Shown piece after piece: positions 1 through 4,261 of a stretch of 4,261 nucleotides of DNA. The notes beneath the pieces were generated by a model that was not told the origin of the DNA, did no database searches, and saw nothing but the letters and a program-made list of their open reading frames with translations. The translations under genes and the position numbers were made by a program. Position 1 is the first letter of the stretch; every line of letters begins with the position of its first letter. This DNA comes from a virus (Duplodnaviria > Heunggongvirae > Uroviricota > Caudoviricetes), in IMG/VR virus record IMGVR_UViG_2657245448_000003, positions 1 through 4,261 of that record. One strand, 5' to 3'.

Positions 1-2
1 GG

Positions 3-77
3 TACATGGATATGATGTGTGAAGCGCGTGGCGCGGCGGATCTTGTTTCCTCATCAGCGAGGGAAAGAGGGCTTTAA
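3..77 (+). CDS. Possible 3' end of an upstream gene entering the window (frame 3; ...YMDMMCEARGAADLVSSSARERGL*), unknown product
   Basis: Frame 3 is open from the window edge to TAA at 75-77, and that stop overlaps the ATG of the next gene (TAATG). Only about 24 codons are visible, so this may equally be a short spurious frame. Confidence 0.2.
   Translation, partial: YMDMMCEARGAADLVSSSARERGL
59..71 (+). promoter_or_regulatory. Shine-Dalgarno-like purine run (GAGGGAAAGAGGG) serving the 77..412 gene
   Basis: AGAGGG at 66-71 lies 5 nt upstream of ATG 77-79. Confidence 0.4.
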
Positions 78-412
78 TGAAACGGTTATGTTTGGCGTTA
101 GTTATGATGGTTACTGCTCCGGCGATGGCTGCAATTCAGTGCGGCAACTACACGATGACCGGTGACGGAATGACTGTTATTAACGGTGAAACTGTCACAT
201 CACAGAAGATAAAATTTCTGGGAAAAGATGGTGACTATTCAAACATGAAAATGGACATGGGCCTGATGCCTTCCCGTGATGGTAACAATTACGGCTTTGA
301 GTTTGTGAAACGTAACGGAAAAGCTTTCCTGAACGTCCAGCTGCTGCAGAACAGCATGGACGCGCCGAAAATCATTGGATCTTTCCCGTGTAAAAAAGTG
401 AGCAGCAAGTGA
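77..412 (+). CDS. Small secreted (periplasmic) protein of unknown function, 111 aa, with a cleavable Sec signal peptide
   Basis: ATG start with a good RBS. The N-terminus MKRLCLALVMMVTAPAMA-AIQ has a basic n-region, a hydrophobic core and an AxA signal peptidase I site. The mature part has Cys22 and Cys105 and is rich in G, N, D and K. The context before C22 (A-I-Q-C) does not resemble a lipobox. The stop overlaps the GTG start of the next ORF (GTGA at 409-412). Confidence 0.7.
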   Translation: MKRLCLALVMMVTAPAMAAIQCGNYTMTGDGMTVINGETVTSQKIKFLGKDGDYSNMKMDMGLMPSRDGNNYGFEFVKRNGKAFLNVQLLQNSMDAPKIIGSFPCKKVSSK

Positions 413-921
413 CAGTTGATGATGATCCTTTGAATTCATTTCAAGACCCTGACTTTCAGGAACTTCTCGGCGGAATTGATATTACTCTTGTTATAAGGTT
501 TTTTAATTATTTTTCGCGTTTCGAATATGCGTTAAAAAGAATTAATTTCAAAAAAACTGATCGTAGAAATTATCTAATCGGTGCTGACTGGAGCCGCTAC
601 GCTACTGATGATACGCGGCCTTTATATCCTACTGGAAATAGAAATGTCGATAGGGCAGTTGAGTATCTATGTCAGCAACCTGTGAAGCAGCAGAGGCATG
701 ATTTTTCGTGGGAGGATAAACCTCCAATCGAACCTCATTCTCTTGCTGAAGCATTAAAGCAGATCCCGTATATAAGAAATAATCTCTTTCACGGCGGGAA
801 GTATTTACGTCCCGCCCCCGTTCGTGATGAAAAGTTATTGAAATACTCTATTTATTTGATGCAGTTGTGTTTGATAACTGATAATCAGCTTTCTGAATAC
901 TTTAATACTATCCACCGATAG
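409..921 (+). CDS. AT-rich accessory ORF, 170 aa, hypothetical protein with a HEPN-like R-x4-H motif (IRNNLFHGGKY, codons at 772-801); candidate RNase toxin or abortive-infection protein
   Basis: It is the only long open frame on either strand across 409-921. The GTG start at 409 overlaps the upstream stop (an alternative in-frame TTG is at 430), and there is no in-frame ATG until near the 3' end. From about 481 the composition turns strongly AT-rich, with many AGA, AGG and ATA codons, unlike the flanking genes. R123-N-N-L-F-H128 fits the HEPN consensus R-x(4-6)-H with a polar residue after the Arg. An intrinsic terminator follows the stop. The functional call is inference from the motif only. 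Confidence 0.5.
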   Translation: MTVDDDPLNSFQDPDFQELLGGIDITLVIRFFNYFSRFEYALKRINFKKTDRRNYLIGADWSRYATDDTRPLYPTGNRNVDRAVEYLCQQPVKQQRHDFSWEDKPPIEPHSLAEALKQIPYIRNNLFHGGKYLRPAPVRDEKLLKYSIYLMQLCLITDNQLSEYFNTIHR

Positions 922-937
922 TCATTCTTCATGAGAT

Positions 938-970
938 AAAACCTGCCACCCGGCGGGTTTTTTGCTTTTT
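938..970 (+). terminator. Rho-independent terminator ending the accessory cassette
   Basis: A-tract 938-941; stem CCTGCC (942-947), loop ACCC (948-951), stem GGCGGG (952-957) giving 6 bp including one G-U pair; then TTTTTTGCTTTTT (958-970). It lies 17 nt after the TAG stop at 919-921. Confidence 0.65.
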
Positions 971-974
971 GGAG
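971..974 (+). promoter_or_regulatory. Shine-Dalgarno (GGAG) for the spike gene
   Basis: GGAG sits 7 nt upstream of ATG 982-984. Confidence 0.4.
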
Positions 975-981
975 CCTACCA

Positions 982-1734
982 ATGGCAGTAACTGACCAGA
1001 CCCGCAGTGGCGATCTTGCCGAAACATTTAAATCTGAACGGGAAACAACAAAGAACCAGATCCGTGTCGCCTTGCCTGGCATTATTCAGTCATTCGATCC
1101 TGACGCGGTGACGGCGGTTGTGCAGCCAGCTATCCGGTCAGTTGAAAAGGATAACGACGGTAACCGCATTACCAAAAATTACCCATTGCTGGTGGATGTG
1201 CCAGTGGTATTCCCGCGCGGCGGAGGCTGTACGTTGACTTTTCCGGTAAAAGCTGGGGATGAGTGTCTTGTCGTTTTTGCCGATCGTTGTATTGATTTCT
1301 GGTGGCAGAGCGGCGGGATACAGGAGACGGTTGATGACAGAATGCATGATTTATCGGATGCGTTTTGTATTGTCGGTCCCCAGTCGCAGGCTAGGAAGAT
1401 TAGCGGTATTAATACCAGTGCCACACAGTTGCGTAGTGACGACGGCAGCACCTATTTTGAGCTTAATCCTGATACCAGGAAAATTAAAATTGTCGCTCCG
1501 GGGGGGCTTGATGTGGTTGCCCCCCTGGCTGATTTTTCTGAGAAAGTAACCATTCATGGCCTGTTAACCTGGATGGGGGGCATGGTGGGGTCTGTGGTTT
1601 CTGGTGTGGCTTCAAAAATCACTGGTGCTGTTGAGTTTTTGGGGAGCGTGAAGGCTAACGGCAAGCCAATCGATGATACGCACACTCATGGTGGTGTTCA
1701 GCGCGGTGGAAGCAGTACCGACGGGGTAAACTGA
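982..1734 (+). CDS. Baseplate central spike / baseplate assembly protein (Gp138-N / P2 gpV / Mu gp45-like), 250 aa
   Basis: The N-terminal region (FDPDAVTAVVQPAIRS...YPLLVDVPVVFPRGGGCTLTFPVKAGDECLVVFADRCIDFWW) matches my recollection of the Gp138 N-terminal spike domain. The C-terminal part is Gly/Val-rich and ends with THTH (1678-1689), resembling the metal-binding HxH apex of phage spikes. Position directly upstream of gp46-like and baseplate J-like genes fits. No homology search was run. Confidence 0.8.
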   Translation: MAVTDQTRSGDLAETFKSERETTKNQIRVALPGIIQSFDPDAVTAVVQPAIRSVEKDNDGNRITKNYPLLVDVPVVFPRGGGCTLTFPVKAGDECLVVFADRCIDFWWQSGGIQETVDDRMHDLSDAFCIVGPQSQARKISGINTSATQLRSDDGSTYFELNPDTRKIKIVAPGGLDVVAPLADFSEKVTIHGLLTWMGGMVGSVVSGVASKITGAVEFLGSVKANGKPIDDTHTHGGVQRGGSSTDGVN

Positions 1735-2087
1735 TGCGATACAGACGTGAAGACGCCGATGGCGATTACACCTTTGGCAGCGGTGATGACACCTGGCTGA
1801 TTAACTCACCGGAGGCCGTGGCGCAGGCGGTAAAAACGCGATTCGAATTGTGGTATGGGCAATGGTTTCTCGACACCACCGAGGGGACTCCGTGGATCCA
1901 GTCCGTACTCGGTAAGCAGAAGCCGGAAACCTACAACCTGGCGATCCGTAAGCGCATCCTCGAAACGCAGGGCGTTAAATCAATCCTCTCTTTCAATACG
2001 ACGCTGGATACCACGACCCGACGTGTCATGTTTTCCGCTGAAATCGACACTCTTTATGGAATAACGACTGTTACATCGGAGGCGTAA
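1734..2087 (+). CDS. Small baseplate protein (Mu gp46-like / gpW-gp25-like), 117 aa
   Basis: The size and the position between spike and baseplate J match Mu gp46 / P2 gpW. The start overlaps the upstream stop (ATGA at 1732-1736). The assignment rests on synteny and size more than on a recognised motif. Confidence 0.65.
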   Translation: MRYRREDADGDYTFGSGDDTWLINSPEAVAQAVKTRFELWYGQWFLDTTEGTPWIQSVLGKQKPETYNLAIRKRILETQGVKSILSFNTTLDTTTRRVMFSAEIDTLYGITTVTSEA

Positions 2088-3286
2088 TGGCTCTGAACCT
2101 TGATTCTCTCGGTTTATCTGCAAAGGTAACCGCGGAGGGGATCAGTGCGCCTGATTATCAGACGATACTCAGCACCCTGATTAGCTATTTTCAGCAGATT
2201 TATGGCAGTGATGCCTACCTCGAACCGGACAGCAAAGACGGCCAGATGGTGGCTCTGATGGCGCTGGCGATTCATGATGCCAATAATACTGCGATAACTG
2301 TCTACAACTGTTTTTCACCGGCAACCGGCTATGGGGCTGCACTGACCTGTAACGTGAAAATAAATGGTATTTCACGTAAAGGCGCGACGAACTCTACGGT
2401 TGATTTGCTTCTTACAGGAACTGCCGGAACAACCATCATTAATGGCAGCGTGAAAGACAGTAATAATGTGATATGGCGTTTGCCTGCTTCAGTGGTGGTA
2501 GGCGTGGATGGTACAGTGATGGTGACCGCAACATGTTCCGTCAGTGGTGCAGTGGCGGCGCTGGCTGGAACTATCACTGAAATTAATACGCCAACCCGTG
2601 GCTGGGTTTCGGTAACCAATCCTGCTGCAGCCACTGTGGGCACTCCGGCAGAAACTGACGCTGAGTTACGTATCCGCCAGTCGCAAAGTGTTGCGTTGCC
2701 ATCAATAACCCCATTTGAAGCACTGGATGGTGCTGTTTCTAATGTTACCGGTGTAACCCGCCACAAACTCTATGAAAACGATACTGGTTCGGAGGACGGT
2801 AACGGGTTACCGCCACACTCTGTTGCTGTAATTGTGGATGGCGGTGATGTAACGGATATTGCTCAGGCTATCAGAGGGAATAAAGGCCAGGGGACAGCCA
2901 CTCACGGTACAACATCCGTTACGGTTCCGGATAAATACGGCAATCCCCATGTAATCAAATTCTCGCGTTCCAGTGATGTGCCTGTTTATGCCCTGATTAA
3001 ATTAAAAGTTTTTACGGGTTATACCTCACAGATAGGGCAGCAGATCCAGCAGGCTATTTCCGACTATATCAATAGTCTGATGATTGGTGATTCGGTCCTT
3101 TTAAGTCGCATTTACTCACCGGCGAATCTTGGCGTGGTGAGTGGCGGGAATGCACGCTATTACGATATTCAGGAACTGACGATTGGGAAATCCCCGGGGG
3201 CTTTGTCGTCATCAAACATTGATATCAGATACAACGAATCTGCGTCCTGTACCCCGAAAAATATCGTTATAACGGTGGAGTCATGA
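2087..3286 (+). CDS. Baseplate J-like protein (P2 gpJ / Mu gp47 family), 399 aa
   Basis: A 399-aa protein immediately after the gpW-like gene, with the start overlapping the upstream stop (TAATG at 2085-2089) and GGAGG just upstream. Length and composition are consistent with baseplate J wedge proteins. This is a synteny-based call. Confidence 0.8.
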   Translation: MALNLDSLGLSAKVTAEGISAPDYQTILSTLISYFQQIYGSDAYLEPDSKDGQMVALMALAIHDANNTAITVYNCFSPATGYGAALTCNVKINGISRKGATNSTVDLLLTGTAGTTIINGSVKDSNNVIWRLPASVVVGVDGTVMVTATCSVSGAVAALAGTITEINTPTRGWVSVTNPAAATVGTPAETDAELRIRQSQSVALPSITPFEALDGAVSNVTGVTRHKLYENDTGSEDGNGLPPHSVAVIVDGGDVTDIAQAIRGNKGQGTATHGTTSVTVPDKYGNPHVIKFSRSSDVPVYALIKLKVFTGYTSQIGQQIQQAISDYINSLMIGDSVLLSRIYSPANLGVVSGGNARYYDIQELTIGKSPGALSSSNIDIRYNESASCTPKNIVITVES

Positions 3287-3963
3287 GCAAATACACCGAA
3301 CTAATCACGAACTACCACGCCACCAAACCTAAATTTCTTGCGCATGTTGATCTGATGACCCGGCCACTTATTGATGTTGCGGCTGCCACCAGAGGGCTGA
3401 TTAGTGCATTTGATATTGACTCTGCGGTTGGTGTGCAACTTGACATCCTTGGATTGTGGATCGGACGTAGCCGTGTTGTCAGCCAGCCTATCTCAGGTGT
3501 CTATTTCAGCTGGGATACCGACGGGCTTGGATATGATCAGGGGGTATGGCAGGGACCATACGATCCTGATTCAGGATACATGTATCTCAGCGATGAAACT
3601 TATCGTGTCATTCTTAAAGCGAAGATTGCGATTAATAACTGGGACGGACGGAATGATTCGCTTCCGGCAATTCTTGACGCGGCAACAGCAGGATCCGGGC
3701 TGCGAATGCAGATAGTCGATAACCAGGACATGACGATATCGGTCTGGGTCTTTCCTGATACTGATATTTCAGATGTATCGCGTGAGTTAATTGCGGCAAT
3801 TAAACAGGGGTATCTCACAGTAAAAGCCGCCGGGGTATGGGCGGGTGGCATTGAAACACCTTCGGTGGAAACCCCATCGGAAGGCTCAAAATTTTTTGGT
3901 TTTGATATGGATAACGAATTCATCAGTGGTTTTGATGTAGGAGCATGGGGAGTATTACTCTGA
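3283..3963 (+). CDS. Baseplate/tail protein (P2 gpI / Mu gp48-like), 226 aa
   Basis: Follows baseplate J with an ATGA overlap at 3283-3286 and a GGTGGAG RBS upstream. Its place between J and the tail fibre matches gpI/gp48. The stop overlaps the next start (TGATG at 3961-3965). Confidence 0.65.
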   Translation: MSKYTELITNYHATKPKFLAHVDLMTRPLIDVAAATRGLISAFDIDSAVGVQLDILGLWIGRSRVVSQPISGVYFSWDTDGLGYDQGVWQGPYDPDSGYMYLSDETYRVILKAKIAINNWDGRNDSLPAILDAATAGSGLRMQIVDNQDMTISVWVFPDTDISDVSRELIAAIKQGYLTVKAAGVWAGGIETPSVETPSEGSKFFGFDMDNEFISGFDVGAWGVLL

Positions 3964-4261
3964 TGGCGAAAAATGACTTTAAAGCGTTTGCAACGGATCG
4001 AAATGCCAATGTTATATCGCAGGAGGAATGGGAAGCGTTGCCCGCGCTTTTATCTGGATTTACAGCAGGGAAAGCCTCCAGTGCGCAAGTCAATAAGGTT
4101 ATTCGGCAGGCCAGCTTCATTTTTACGGGGGCGAGAACCGATCGGGAAGTTGATGATCATATGCTCGCCGCGCTGGGCTGCATGGCTGTTATCGTCTTCC
4201 AGAGTATCTGGCGCACCAGCAACATACACCACCGGTTCATCGTGCACGACAGGCGCATCTT
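3963..4261 (+). CDS. Tail fibre protein, conserved N-terminal region (MAKNDFKAFATDRNANVISQEEWEALPALLSGFTAGKASSAQVNKVIRQASFI); frame stays open to the window end but is probably not genuine tail fibre beyond about 4124
   Basis: The N-terminal approx. 53 codons look like the conserved N-terminus of enterobacterial prophage tail fibres (recalled pattern ...ASSAQVNKxIRQxxFI...). After about 4122 the same frame uses rare codons (AGA, CGG, AGG, ATA) and gives an atypical peptide, while the opposite strand shows good codon usage. Confidence 0.5.
   Translation, partial: MAKNDFKAFATDRNANVISQEEWEALPALLSGFTAGKASSAQVNKVIRQASFIFTGARTDREVDDHMLAALGCMAVIVFQSIWRTSNIHHRFIVHDRRI
4125..4261 (-). CDS. 3' part of a convergent gene of unknown function running off the window edge (...DAPVVHDEPVVYVAGAPDTLEDDNSHAAQRGEHMIINFPIGSRPR)
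   Basis: The minus-strand frame is open from the window edge and uses typical E. coli codons (CTG, CCG, GAA, GGT, GCG). The six-frame track reports it from a GTG at 4247 running to a stop at 4050, but the frame continues open upstream to 4261. Below about 4125 it overlaps the conserved tail-fibre N-terminus and is probably fortuitous read-through. Confidence 0.3.

Noticed and set aside
239-439. Minus-strand 66-aa ORF overlapping the secreted-protein gene
   Set aside because: It lies fully antisense to a better-supported + strand gene that has an RBS and a signal peptide; there is no independent support.
481-540. Sigma70-like promoter inside the AT-rich 5' part of the HEPN-like ORF (TTGTTA near 488-493)
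   Set aside because: No -10 hexamer lies at a proper 16-18 bp spacing, and AT-rich DNA produces many chance promoter-like hexamers. It is noted only because an internal promoter with the in-frame GTG at 682 would give a shorter 79-aa product that still contains the R-x4-H motif.
885-1082. Minus-strand 65-aa ORF spanning the terminator and the spike gene start
   Set aside because: It crosses the intrinsic terminator hairpin and the RBS/start of the spike gene, so it is most likely a chance frame.
1138-1557. Minus-strand ORFs (69, 90 and 68 aa) and a + strand 96-aa alternate-frame ORF (1259..1549) inside the spike gene
   Set aside because: All are embedded in the 250-aa spike CDS, which has recognisable domain features. 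The alternate frames are Arg/Ser/Leu-rich, as expected for off-frame translation of a moderately GC-rich gene.
1855-2064. + strand 69-aa alternate-frame ORF inside the gp46-like gene
   Set aside because: It is an Arg/Ser-rich off-frame product within a translationally coupled gene.
2181-2766. Minus-strand ORFs (64 and 145 aa) antisense to the baseplate J-like gene
   Set aside because: They lie antisense within a long, well-supported CDS and have low-complexity Ala/Thr/Val/Pro-rich translations typical of chance antisense frames.
3404-3923. + strand 103-aa alternate-frame ORF and minus-strand 107-aa ORF inside the gp48/gpI-like gene
   Set aside because: Both are embedded in the 226-aa CDS, which is coupled to both neighbours; there is no independent support.
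3923-4120. Minus-strand 65-aa ORF antisense to the tail-fibre N-terminus
   Set aside because: It is antisense to the conserved tail-fibre N-terminal coding region and shows no RBS or coding features.
4131-4163. Possible Gin/Pin/Hin-type invertase crossover site at the tail-fibre divergence point (GAGAACCGATCGGGAAG, with GATC-containing palindromes CCGATCGG at 4138-4145 and ATGATCAT at 4153-4160)
   Set aside because: Invertible tail-fibre segments have their crossover site at the end of the constant N-terminal region, so I looked for one. The sequence has only a weak half-site resemblance (AACC..GG) to the recalled gix/hix consensus and lacks the symmetric GGTTT arm. Short GATC palindromes are common by chance. 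A search with a site matrix and a look for a downstream invertase gene would settle it.
1-4261. CRISPR arrays, tRNA or rRNA genes, IS elements
   Set aside because: No regularly spaced direct repeats, no cloverleaf-like tRNA candidates and no recognisable IS terminal inverted repeats (IS1, IS2, IS3 and IS5 ends checked from memory) were seen.

Overview
The window reads as part of a prophage tail/baseplate region, probably enterobacterial (about half G+C by eye, E. coli-like codon choice in the structural genes). Positions 982-3963 carry four tightly coupled + strand genes in Mu-like baseplate order: central spike (Gp138/gpV-like), small baseplate protein (Mu gp46/gpW-like), baseplate J-like protein, and a Mu gp48/P2 gpI-like protein. 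A tail-fibre gene starts at 3963, but its conserved N-terminal region appears to break off near 4122-4127, where a convergent minus-strand coding sequence with good codon usage takes over. Upstream (77-921) is a two-gene accessory cassette closed by an intrinsic terminator (938-970): a small Sec-secreted protein, then a markedly AT-rich 170-aa ORF with an R-x4-H motif (RNNLFH) typical of HEPN RNases. That ORF is the best candidate here for an undescribed defence or toxin function. All family assignments are from reading the translations by eye; no searches were run. No tRNA, rRNA, CRISPR array or recognisable IS element was seen.
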